Origin: Vulcanisaeta distributa DSM 14429 | GTDB lineage: Archaea > Thermoproteota > Thermoprotei > Thermoproteales > Thermocladiaceae | Length of the DNA stretch: 32,000 bases | Assembly: GCF_000148385.1 (NCBI RefSeq) | Contig: NC_014537.1 | Location: forward strand, 2,160,001 to 2,192,000 | Reading direction: 5' to 3' | Shown here: positions 23,335 to 31,852 of the stretch, in pieces | How the letters are laid out: each line of letters begins with the position of its first letter | Numbering within the stretch: the stretch's first letter is position 1 | Position numbers and translations under genes: made by a program | The notes under the pieces: model-generated | The model's database searches: none | What the model was told of the DNA's origin: nothing | The model's input: only the letters and a program-made list of their open reading frames with translations

Positions 23335-24360
23335 TCAGAAACTTATTTTTAGGGAGGTACGGCTTTCCCTCTTTTCACCAGGTATGTTGAGCTTCCTCCA
23401 GTCCGATGCTAGCTTAACCTCCTTACCTTTCCTAGCCATTACATATGAATACGCGGACAACGCCGCGATTACTCCCTGCGCCGCGGCAATGACTGCTTGC
23501 TTATATGGAGATACACATACATCCCCACCCGCAAATAAGCCCTCAGTACCTGTCCTACCATACTCATCAATCACTATCTCACCCTTCTCATTCAACTTAA
23601 CTAGATTACGCACGAAGTCCGTCTTAGCCACATAACCAATCTCAATGAATACGGCCTTAACGGGTATCTCAAGGGTCCTCCCCGTAACCCTATCCCTCAC
23701 AACCACAGACTCAACCCTACCCTTACCCTTTATTTCCACTACGTCGTGCCTAGGCATTAATACAGCCTTACCGCTATTGAGCATTAGGTTCATGAATTCA
23801 TCATCATTTACAGGCTTATCACCAGGGAAAACCCAGTAAAACCTGTTTACAACGTTCATCAATATTTCGGCGGCTTCATAAGCCGGTTCTCCCCAGGACA
23901 CAAGTGCCACGTCTTGCCCACGGTATAATGCGGCGTCACATATTGTACAGTAACTCACGCCCTTACCCTTAAGCTCCTGCTCGCCAGGTACGCCCAAGTC
24001 CCTTGGCGTCTTACCGAATGCCAATATCACGGCTATGCTCCTATACTCATCGCCACTGGCAGTCCTTATAACGAAGTCACCCCCATCAACCTTATCAAGC
24101 TTAACAACCTCATCAAACACGATTTCAGCACCAAAAATCCTGGCCTGATTCTCAACCCTCCTAACTAAGTCTAACCCCTTGATGCTAATGAAGCCAGGGT
24201 AATTCTGAACCTCATCTGTTAACGATAATTGTCCCCCAATATCCTTACTAATGACTAAGGTCCTTAATCCCTGCCTAGCGGCGTATAACGCCGCGCTAAG
24301 CCCTGCTATGCCCGCGCCTATGATTATGACATCATAAACATCAATGTCTCCATCCATCAA
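23335..24360 (-). CDS. trxB: Thioredoxin-reductase-like flavoprotein (low-Mr NTR family) lacking NADPH-binding motifs
   Basis: FAD motif VIIIGAGIAGLSAALYAAR, redox-active CTIC (canonical CATC) and C-terminal GLFAGGDV. The NADPH GGGxxA motif reads SWGEPA, and the HRRxxxR motif reads FPGDKPV. There is a C-terminal extension of about 30 aa. Confidence 0.8.
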   Translation of the reverse strand: MMDGDIDVYDVIIIGAGIAGLSAALYAARQGLRTLVISKDIGGQLSLTDEVQNYPGFISIKGLDLVRRVENQARIFGAEIVFDEVVKLDKVDGGDFVIRTASGDEYRSIAVILAFGKTPRDLGVPGEQELKGKGVSYCTICDAALYRGQDVALVSWGEPAYEAAEILMNVVNRFYWVFPGDKPVNDDEFMNLMLNSGKAVLMPRHDVVEIKGKGRVESVVVRDRVTGRTLEIPVKAVFIEIGYVAKTDFVRNLVKLNEKGEIVIDEYGRTGTEGLFAGGDVCVSPYKQAVIAAAQGVIAALSAYSYVMARKGKEVKLASDWRKLNIPGEKRESRTSLKISF

Positions 24361-24486
24361 GACTACGGCTTAATCTTACTTATAAATTCTCTTTACATGT
24401 TCAATGAAAATATTGATTTTTTATACATATAATTAGTAATTATTTATAAGCTTTTTTAATTAAAAATATAACGAGATTACACAGCA

Positions 24487-25383
24487 TCACAATGGCTTAA
24501 CCTCGTACTTACCATCGGGGTAAACAATAGCCCTAGCCCTCCTTGTTGCCCAGCAGGAGAAGACTATGCCTATTGCGAAGGTTGCTGGATGCCTATAGGC
24601 GTACTCAATATGTACATCTAACGCCGTTACATTACCCCCAGTCCCGTGGGCTCCAATGCCAAGTTTATTAATGGCGTTCAGGAGTGCATCCTCTATCTTC
24701 GCTATGTCGGGGTTACTATTCCTGGAACCAACGGGCCTAAGCACAGCCGCCTTCTTGGCGAGTTTAGCTGCAACGTCTAGGTTAGGGCCTATGCCTATCC
24801 CAACAATGACCGGTGGGCATGGCATTGGGCCGGCGTCTATGACGGCATTAAGCACCAACTCTGGCAGTCTTTCCCAGGCATTGCCTGGCGGTACAACGAA
24901 TGCCTTGCTTGGTAACTCAGTACCGCCACCCTTTGGTGTGTAGATCATCTCCAGGTAATTCCCATCAAATAATTCAACGTCGAATACTGGTATTCCAATA
25001 CCAGTATTATCGCCACTATTCCTCTCTGTTAATGGATCAACGGAGTTAGATCTAAGGGGTAATTCCTTAGTGACCTCCCTAACGGCCTCCGTAAGTATTG
25101 AGAATAACTTACTCCTGATAGGGAAACCATCGCCAAGCTTTATGAAGAATGTTGGAACGCCAGTATCCTGGCATACAGCAGCCGTGTACTTCTGCGCCAA
25201 CTCAATATTTGTTAATATGGCGTTTAATTGAACCCTGCTTGGTTCATGAATTTCTATCTTAACGGCATTCCTTAATGCATTAACCACGTCCTCAGCTGGT
25301 GATACGCTGGCCATTCTTACTATTGCCTTTGCAGCCTCCTTAACCACATTCTCAAGGCTCGGCATAATTACGGTAACGATCAA
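24487..25383 (-). CDS. Class I (Fe-S) fumarate hydratase / tartrate dehydratase, alpha subunit (N-terminal domain type)
   Basis: CQDTGVPTFFIKLG and the overall pattern of Fe-S hydro-lyase alpha subunits. An alternative start is the Met 6 codons downstream (MPSLENV). Confidence 0.85.
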   Translation of the reverse strand: MIVTVIMPSLENVVKEAAKAIVRMASVSPAEDVVNALRNAVKIEIHEPSRVQLNAILTNIELAQKYTAAVCQDTGVPTFFIKLGDGFPIRSKLFSILTEAVREVTKELPLRSNSVDPLTERNSGDNTGIGIPVFDVELFDGNYLEMIYTPKGGGTELPSKAFVVPPGNAWERLPELVLNAVIDAGPMPCPPVIVGIGIGPNLDVAAKLAKKAAVLRPVGSRNSNPDIAKIEDALLNAINKLGIGAHGTGGNVTALDVHIEYAYRHPATFAIGIVFSCWATRRARAIVYPDGKYEVKPL

Positions 25384-25474
25384 CTTATATTAAAGCTTTA
25401 ATTCTATGTTTGTCGCGGAAAATATCTAGGGGGAATGCTTAATACACCCGGATTGGTGATTTTAATCGATAGGT

Positions 25475-26098
25475 ATGGGCACGTATTACCTCAAAACGCC
25501 AATATCTGATGATGACATTACGAAATTAAGGGTTGGCGACACAATATACGTAAGCGGTATTCTAGTCAGCGCCAGGGATGCAGCGCACGTTAGGATGGTC
25601 GAATCATTACACAAGGGTGAAAAGTTACCCGTAGATCTGAGGGGTGGCGTTATTTATCACGCGGGACCAGTGGCCCTTAAGCAGGGTAATACCTGGAGGA
25701 TAGTTAGTATGGGGCCGACAACAAGCGCAAGGATGGATGACTTCGAGCCTGAGGTCATTGAGAAGCTAGGGGTTAAGTTAGTCATTGGTAAGGGCGGCAT
25801 GGGTCCAAAGACCACGGAGGCCATGAAGAGGTATAAGGCAGCCTATGCAATATTCACGGGCGGTGCCGGTGTCCTTGCGGCGCAGGCAATAAAGAGGGTT
25901 GTTGATGTGCATTGGCTTGACCTGGGAATCGCTGAGGCCATGTGGGTTCTTGAGGTTGAGAATTTTGGACCGTTAACGGTAATAATCGATTCATACGGTA
26001 ATAATTACTATGAGGATCTGAGGAAGAACGTCAGGAGTAAAGTACCTGACCTGAGTAAGGAGGTCGTTAATACGATAAAGAGCGTAATTAAGGTATAA
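25475..26098 (+). CDS. Class I (Fe-S) fumarate hydratase / tartrate dehydratase, beta subunit (C-terminal domain type)
   Basis: LRVGDTIYVSGILVSARDAAH, IYHAGP, GPTTSARMD and IGKGGMG are typical of the beta subunit. It is divergent from the alpha gene across 91 bp. Confidence 0.85.
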   Translation: MGTYYLKTPISDDDITKLRVGDTIYVSGILVSARDAAHVRMVESLHKGEKLPVDLRGGVIYHAGPVALKQGNTWRIVSMGPTTSARMDDFEPEVIEKLGVKLVIGKGGMGPKTTEAMKRYKAAYAIFTGGAGVLAAQAIKRVVDVHWLDLGIAEAMWVLEVENFGPLTVIIDSYGNNYYEDLRKNVRSKVPDLSKEVVNTIKSVIKV

Positions 26099-26148
26099 AC
26101 CGGCTATCATTACTGTGTGGGTTTAAATCATTACCCATCATTCCATTT

Positions 26149-26916
26149 CTACTTAATTATGCTCTTAACAACGTCGTGCTCGGTGATTATACCCATTAAC
26201 CTACCAGCCTCAACAATCGGTAATGAGCCGATGTTATTCCTCCTCATTAACCTAACGGCATCTATTAATGACGCAGCACTATCGATTGTCACAGGATTGT
26301 GACTCATCAATTTTGATACAGCGATACTAAGGTCGACCTGACCCCGCAATTTATAGTACTTAATCGCATACCTCAGTACGTCCTTAACAGTCATTATACC
26401 AAGTAATCTGTCCTGATCTGCTATCAGGAGATGCCTAATGCCGTGCCTAACCATAACCTCCATGGCAGAGGCTAATGAAGCATCCTCACTAACCCTTATT
26501 GGATCCCTATTGGCAACCTCATGAACCCTGTACTTCACGAATACCTGCTCAGGCATCTTATTGACTATATCACGTTCAGTAATAATACCGGCTAATTCGT
26601 TTCCTTTAAGTACAAGCGCGTGGTCAATACCGTTATCAAGCATTTTCCTAATCACAGCCATGGCATCATCACCATGCAACACAGTGAGGAATTTCCCACT
26701 GCCATACTTAACCACGGGCTCCCTTAGGGCGTTAATACCATCATTAACAATCCCATTAATTACATCTAATGCTGTTAATACCGACCTCACGGAGCCACCC
26801 TCAATAATCGGTAGGTGCCTGAATCCATGATCAACCATTAACTGTACGGCGACGGCTAATTCCCGGTTAGGGTCTATGGTGAATACGCTACCCGTCATTA
26901 ACTCCTGCGCATTCAT
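26149..26916 (-). CDS. CBS-domain protein (four tandem CBS motifs)
   Basis: Four repeats of the CBS pattern (for example GFRHLPIIEGG...LTALDV, HALVLKGNELAGIITERDI, IRHLLIADQDRLLGIMTVKDV and GSLPIVEAGRLMGIITEHDV). Confidence 0.85.
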   Translation of the reverse strand: MNAQELMTGSVFTIDPNRELAVAVQLMVDHGFRHLPIIEGGSVRSVLTALDVINGIVNDGINALREPVVKYGSGKFLTVLHGDDAMAVIRKMLDNGIDHALVLKGNELAGIITERDIVNKMPEQVFVKYRVHEVANRDPIRVSEDASLASAMEVMVRHGIRHLLIADQDRLLGIMTVKDVLRYAIKYYKLRGQVDLSIAVSKLMSHNPVTIDSAASLIDAVRLMRRNNIGSLPIVEAGRLMGIITEHDVVKSIIK

Positions 26917-27019
26917 TATCTAGAGATAGCCACTCTCTAGTTTAAGTTTTCTAATCATTAAACCCACTAATGAAGTATCACCCAGAAGGCTTATTTTAAG
27001 GCCATTAAGAGCATGATTA

Positions 27020-28522
27020 ATGCAGGCAATAACCATAAACATACTGGGCCCCGTAACATTGCCGGATTTTCCCAGGGAGTTCCACGACACGATGACCAAG
27101 TTCGGGGTCTTCCGAGCGTTCATTGCGGGTTCATGGATTGACTTCGGGAGTTACATGCCTGTTAAGTCTCCAATAAATGGCGAGGTGATAGCCCAAGTAA
27201 ATAAGTTGAGCGCTGAGCATGTAAACTCAGCCATAGAGAGGCTCCACTACTCATGGCCATCACTCAGGGCAATACCGGCGCATAAACGCGCAGACATGCT
27301 GATGAAGGTGGCGGACTTCATCGAGGAGTATAGGCAGTTGTTTAGGGATGTCCTAGTGATCGAGGGTGGGAAGCCCATTAGTGAGGCTGAGGGTGAGGTT
27401 GATTCAACAATAACCAGGCTTAGGATGATTCATCAGGACCTGGGCAGGCTATTAAATGTGGGCATTCCAGGCGAGTATGGTGTGGGTACGGAGAATAAAT
27501 ACGCAATCGTGGTTAGGGAACCCATAGGCGTTGTCGCGGCGATAGCCCCGTTTAATTATCCATTATTCACATCAATGGTTAAGATAGCCACAGCCCTCCT
27601 GGCAGGTGACCCAGTGATATTTAAGCCATCGAGCTATACACCAATAACCGGCGTGTTAATTGCAAAGGCCATTGAGTATGCAGGTCTCGGTAATTACTTC
27701 GCCATGGTCACAGGCCCTGGGGCGATAGTTGGTGATGCCATGGTAACGCACCCACTGGTTAGGGCAATCACGCTAACGGGCAGTACGGAGACTGGGCTTA
27801 GGGTCATGAGGATGGCTGGGTTAAAGAGGTTGCAACTTGAGCTTGGCGGTAAGGCGCCGGCGATAGTTCTTGAGGATGCGGACTTAAGGGATGCCGCCAA
27901 GAAGATAGTCACTGGCTCACTTAGGCTCTCTGGACAGCGTTGCGATGCAATCAGTAGGGTCATCGCCATGGATAGTATAGCCGATGAGCTAATCAACTAC
28001 ATAACCAAGGAGGTAAGTGAGTGGGTTGTTGGCGATCCACGCGATCCCAAGGTTAGGGTCGGTCCACTCATCGACTCAAACGCCGTTGAGAGAGTTCACT
28101 CAATGGTTGATGATGCGCTAATGAAGGGAGGCAGGTTAATTTACGGTGGTGGGTATTGGCTTACGTACCATGAACCCACCGTCATTGACCATGTGAGTAG
28201 GAAGTCAAGGCTTGCACTCGAGGAGACCTTTGGTCCAGTAATACCTATCATAAGGGTTAAGTCCGTTGATGAGGCTATTGAGGTGGCTAATGAGGTTATT
28301 TACGGGCTCGACGCCGCGGTCTTTGGGCGCGACGTAGGCACGCTGTGGAGGGTGGCAAGGTCCCTGGAGGTTGGTGAGGTCACGATAAACGACTTCCCAA
28401 GGCATGGACTCGGCCTATTCCCATTCGGCGGCGTGAAGGAGTCGGGGTTCGGCCGCGAGGGGATTGGGTTTAGCGTGGAGGACGTCACCGAGCTAAAGAC
28501 CATAGTAATCACGTACAAATAA
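27020..28522 (+). CDS. gapN: Non-phosphorylating glyceraldehyde-3-phosphate dehydrogenase (GAPN, aldehyde dehydrogenase superfamily)
   Basis: Strong collinear resemblance to Thermoproteus tenax GAPN as I recall it: REPIGVVAAIAPFNYPLF, ELGGKAPAIVLEDADL, catalytic GQRCDAISR, VGDPRDPKVRVGPLI, YGLDAAVFGRDV and INDFPRHGLGLFPFGG. ATG 27020 lies about 25 nt downstream of TATA-like ttattttaa (26991-26999), which fits a leaderless start. An alternative ATG is at 27092. Confidence 0.8.
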   Translation: MQAITINILGPVTLPDFPREFHDTMTKFGVFRAFIAGSWIDFGSYMPVKSPINGEVIAQVNKLSAEHVNSAIERLHYSWPSLRAIPAHKRADMLMKVADFIEEYRQLFRDVLVIEGGKPISEAEGEVDSTITRLRMIHQDLGRLLNVGIPGEYGVGTENKYAIVVREPIGVVAAIAPFNYPLFTSMVKIATALLAGDPVIFKPSSYTPITGVLIAKAIEYAGLGNYFAMVTGPGAIVGDAMVTHPLVRAITLTGSTETGLRVMRMAGLKRLQLELGGKAPAIVLEDADLRDAAKKIVTGSLRLSGQRCDAISRVIAMDSIADELINYITKEVSEWVVGDPRDPKVRVGPLIDSNAVERVHSMVDDALMKGGRLIYGGGYWLTYHEPTVIDHVSRKSRLALEETFGPVIPIIRVKSVDEAIEVANEVIYGLDAAVFGRDVGTLWRVARSLEVGEVTINDFPRHGLGLFPFGGVKESGFGREGIGFSVEDVTELKTIVITYK

Positions 28523-28851
28523 CCAACATAACCTCACACAACTACCATTAAATCCCAAAACCAATAAATGAACAATCCTAATCAAGGGGAAAATACTGGC
28601 ACAAGCCCAGGAAACCCGCGGACACCGCTAATCAACCCAAGGCTCAATTATCTACTGCTAAACGGCAAAATCATCGGAACAAGTGCATTGTTGGGTAATT
28701 GAATGGTGCCGTGGGGACAAGTAATACCTGTCTCGTTGGGGGTCGTTGGAACAAGTGCGTGTCGTGGATGTTCATGGGGATTTATGTTCCAATGAAAATC
28801 AAGCAAGGGTAAAGGAAAAACTTAAAAATAACCAAATAAACCAACGCACCG
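28523..28851 (+). promoter_or_regulatory. CRISPR leader
   Basis: A 329-nt non-coding stretch upstream of repeat 1. A/T-rich cttaaaaata (28821-28830) is centred about 26 nt before the first repeat, which fits a leader promoter. The degenerate repeat is at the opposite end of the array. Confidence 0.6.
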
Positions 28852-29577
28852 GAAGATTTCAATAGAATATTGAAAGATACCTGCATATGCCCTAAACCTA
28901 ACACGGTCATGGTTATGAGAAGATTTCAATAGAATATTGAAAGCTCTCGGGCATCATAATGATACCCTCCTCGAATTCACTACCCTCGTTGAAGATTTCA
29001 ATAGAATATTGAAAGCTCGTGCCGAAGTCACTACCGCCACCACCAGTAAGCCAGCTCGAGGAAGATTTCAATAGAATATTGAAAGCTATTGATGATTATC
29101 CTGTCCTCAAAGATCTTGGACATTTTGAGGGGAAGATTTCAATAGAATATTGAAAGTTCTTGAGCACCGTGATTGACGAGGGGTAGTAGGGCAGGTAGTA
29201 CTTGAAGATTTCAATAGAATATTGAAAGAGTACCTTGGCGATTGAGTCACCGAACATGGCATAACCCATGACCATCAGAAGATTTCAATAGAATATTGAA
29301 AGGTGATCCTCTACGTGAGTGGTGCCGGCGCCATCAAACCCGTCGAAGATTTCAATAGAATATTGAAAGCTTCGTGAGTACAAGAACCAATGCCTCGCTT
29401 CCTTTTGTCAACGTGAAGATTTCAATAGAATATTGAAAGAGTTCCTGTAACTTACTGGTCAGTGTTATGACTGCGTCTATTGGAAGATTTCAATAGAATA
29501 TTGAAAGTTGATGTAGTCGTATAACGAGCACGCATAATTGCAATTCCTCAAGAAGATTTCAATAAAATTACTGAAAG
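28852..29577 (+). CRISPR. CRISPR array: 11 repeats (10 identical plus 1 degenerate terminal) and 10 unique spacers of 42-49 nt
   Basis: The repeat GAAGATTTCAATAGAATATTGAAAG (25 nt) starts at 28852, 28919, 28991, 29061, 29132, 29204, 29278, 29345, 29415 and 29483. The degenerate last copy GAAGATTTCAATAAAATTACTGAAAG is at 29552-29577. Orientation is + because the repeat ends in the archaeal 8-nt crRNA handle ATTGAAAG, the decayed repeat is at the 3' end, and an A/T promoter-like element lies at the 5' side. Confidence 0.97.
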
Positions 29578-29695
29578 AGTCCCGAGGTCCGCGTGGATTG
29601 ATTGTGGAGGTTTTAGGCGCTTATTGAGGTGGTCCTTCCTTAGGGAGGGCTTGATTGCATAAACTTTAAAAATTATTGTTGAGAACGAACGCCGT

Positions 29696-29890
29696 ATGAG
29701 AATTTACACGTGCGCCTTCTGTGGAAAGCCAATACCACCAGGCACTGGAATAATGTATGTTAGGGCCGATGGGACAGTACTTAGATTCTGCAGTAGGAAG
29801 TGCTTCGTGAGCGCGGTTAAGTATAACCGCGACCCAAGAAGGCTGGCCTGGGTAAGGAAGGAGACGAAGAAAGCCAAGGCACAGAAATGA
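29696..29890 (+). CDS. rpl24e: Ribosomal protein eL24 (L24e)
   Basis: [31 protein letters not shown] is the L24e zinc-ribbon-like motif. TATA-like ctttaaaaatta (29664-29675) lies about 26 nt upstream. Confidence 0.92.
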   Translation: MRIYTCAFCGKPIPPGTGIMYVRADGTVLRFCSRKCFVSAVKYNRDPRRLAWVRKETKKAKAQK

Positions 29891-29923
29891 GAGGACCTTT
29901 TAAGGAGGTCATCATTAGCTTGA

Positions 29924-30442
29924 GTGATGGTCATAGTCTACAGGGGCAGGCGTGTTACGTTGGACGTATCCAAGACAGTACTGCCAAATGGTCGTGAAAT
30001 GAATGTGGAGAAGGTCTTATTTCCTCACGCTATAGCAGCATTACCGATATATGAAAGTAATAAGGTCGTATTACTACGCCAATTTAGGCCTGTCATTAAT
30101 GACTACATCCTTGAAATACCAGCTGGCGTTATTGAGGAGGGTGAGAGACCTGAAATGGCATTGATCAGGGAGTTGAATGAGGAAATTGGTGCTGAGGTTG
30201 ATTATTTTGAAAAGCTCTTTGAGGGCTTTACGTCACCGGGATATTCCACTGAGTACTTAACGATTTACTACGTAAGCATTAGGAGGTTGGGTGAACCAAA
30301 GCCTGAGCCGCATGAGGTTATTGATAGGGTTATCGTTGATTTTAGGGATGCCGTGAATATGGTTCTTAATGGAGGCATTAGGGATGCTAAGTCCGCGCTT
30401 GCGATAACGCTATATATGCTTAAGAAGGGTATTAGGGTGTGA
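29924..30442 (+). CDS. Nudix hydrolase (ADP-ribose pyrophosphatase-like)
   Basis: Nudix box GVIEEGERPEMALIRELNEEIG (Gx5Ex7REUxEExGU). The start could be the second Met at 29927. Confidence 0.85.
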   Translation: MMVIVYRGRRVTLDVSKTVLPNGREMNVEKVLFPHAIAALPIYESNKVVLLRQFRPVINDYILEIPAGVIEEGERPEMALIRELNEEIGAEVDYFEKLFEGFTSPGYSTEYLTIYYVSIRRLGEPKPEPHEVIDRVIVDFRDAVNMVLNGGIRDAKSALAITLYMLKKGIRV

Positions 30443-30448
30443 TTTCGC

Positions 30449-31147
30449 ATGCAATTAACTGAGGAGTTGGTGCTTAAGGCCCTTGCCAATGTTAAGATAG
30501 AGCCTAGGAAGTTCGCGGCATTGTACGTGTTTAGGAGTAGTAATGACATTTTTAAGGCGCTCATTGTAACCATATTGACGCAGAACACTAACGATAGAAA
30601 TGCACTTAGGGCTTATGAAAACCTCATTAGGGTTGCCGGTGATATAACGCCGCAGAGGTTAATCGGTATTGGCGAGGATGCCCTTGCCAATGCCATTAAA
30701 CCTGCTGGTATGCATAGGATTAGGGCTAGGAAAATCATTGAGTTGTCCAGGGTTATCCTTGAGAGGTATGGTGGTGATTTAACGTGGATCGTAGATTCAC
30801 CTTTAGACGAGGCTAGGAAGGCGTTGCTTGAACTTCCAGGTGTTGGTGAGAAGACTGCGGATGTTATCCTGGTTAACCTGGGCAAACCTACGTTTCCTGT
30901 TGACACTCACATCACTAGGATATCCATTAGACTTGGCATTGTTAAGTCGAGGAATTACCGCGAGATACAGAAAGCCTGGATGGGCATATTGACCCCAGAC
31001 CCAAGTAGGTACTTGGAGGTTCACCTTAAGCTTATTCAGTTTGGTAGGGATGTATGTAGGGCGAGGAACCCGAGGTGTGATATGTGTGGATTTAAGGAGG
31101 TTTGTAATTACTACATGAGTAATGTTAAGGGGAAGGTCGCTCAATAA
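30449..31147 (+). CDS. nth: Endonuclease III (HhH-GPD DNA glycosylase with a 4Fe-4S cluster)
   Basis: ILTQNTND, the helix-hairpin-helix LPGVGEKTADVIL with its catalytic Lys, VDTHITRI with its catalytic Asp, and the C-terminal C-x6-C-x2-C-x5-C (CRARNPRCDMCGFKEVC). Confidence 0.88.
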   Translation: MQLTEELVLKALANVKIEPRKFAALYVFRSSNDIFKALIVTILTQNTNDRNALRAYENLIRVAGDITPQRLIGIGEDALANAIKPAGMHRIRARKIIELSRVILERYGGDLTWIVDSPLDEARKALLELPGVGEKTADVILVNLGKPTFPVDTHITRISIRLGIVKSRNYREIQKAWMGILTPDPSRYLEVHLKLIQFGRDVCRARNPRCDMCGFKEVCNYYMSNVKGKVAQ

Positions 31148-31150
31148 CTT

Positions 31151-31810
31151 TTATCGAATCAACTCCTTTAGGTATGGCTCTGAATTAACTTCCTTATAGC
31201 CCTCCTTGGTTATTGTCACGACGTCAATACCCTCGCCACTCCCTGGATCGTGGTAAATGGCTGACCTGACAGCCCTAACCGCAAGTCTAATAGCATCCTC
31301 AATACTCATGTCCCTCCTGTAACCATCTTCGAGAACTCCAAACGCGGTTGGCGAACCACTGCCTGTTGCCATGAATTCCGTCTCTCTAGTCAACGTCCCG
31401 AAGAAGTCAAGCATATATATAACAGGTCCCTCATCGGGATCCCAACCGCCAAATATCATGTGGACCAAATAAATGAAGGGTCTGCTTGAGAACACAATGA
31501 GAGATGCATAGTTGGCTAGGGCCCTTATTGATATTGGCTTACCAGTCTCTATCTTGTACTGTATCGCGGTCGCCGTTAATGCATCAAGAACCTTCTGTAG
31601 ATCTGCAACACCACCGCTCATTGTTGCTGCCACGTGATTGTCGATCTTCCAAATCTTGACGCCCTTCTTCCTATGGGCTATGTAGTAACCAGCGGTTACC
31701 CTCCTATCCGTGGCTAGGACAACGCCGTCATTAACCACTATCCCTACGGTGGTTGTTCCAGTCATTAATCTATTAAGATTCTCATTACCTACTGTGAACA
31801 TCAATCTCAA
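31151..31810 (-). CDS. psmB: Proteasome beta subunit
   Basis: A propeptide is followed by G|TTTVGIVVNDGVVLATDRR, with the active-site Thr exposed after processing. It has an Ntn-hydrolase beta-subunit pattern throughout. Confidence 0.92.
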   Translation of the reverse strand: MRLMFTVGNENLNRLMTGTTTVGIVVNDGVVLATDRRVTAGYYIAHRKKGVKIWKIDNHVAATMSGGVADLQKVLDALTATAIQYKIETGKPISIRALANYASLIVFSSRPFIYLVHMIFGGWDPDEGPVIYMLDFFGTLTRETEFMATGSGSPTAFGVLEDGYRRDMSIEDAIRLAVRAVRSAIYHDPGSGEGIDVVTITKEGYKEVNSEPYLKELIR

Positions 31811-31852
31811 TGAGAACTGCTTTATTAATAAATCTTAACCTAATCCTCTAAT

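Noticed and set aside
26920-27123. 67-aa minus-strand ORF ending 3 nt upstream of the CBS gene, which looks like an upstream operon partner.
   Set aside because: It spans the divergent promoter region, which contains the TATA-like elements for both the CBS gene (about 26941-26948) and gapN (26991-26999). It also overlaps the gapN 5' end, and no family was recognised.
28777-28804. Repeat-like segment GGGGATTTATGTTCCAATGAAAATCAAG in the leader, 75 nt (one array period) upstream of repeat 1, possibly a fossil repeat.
   Set aside because: The similarity to the repeat is weak. It is roughly 18 of 25 positions and only after allowing a 6-nt insertion. I cannot distinguish this from chance by eye.
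28877-29277. Spacer 1 (reverse complement CATAACC-ATGACC) and spacer 6 (CATAACCCATGACC) share a 13-nt near-match. Spacers 2 and 3 share GAAnTCACTACC.
   Set aside because: The matches are too short, and one of them needs a gap, to conclude that they share a target. This needs a database search of the full spacers.
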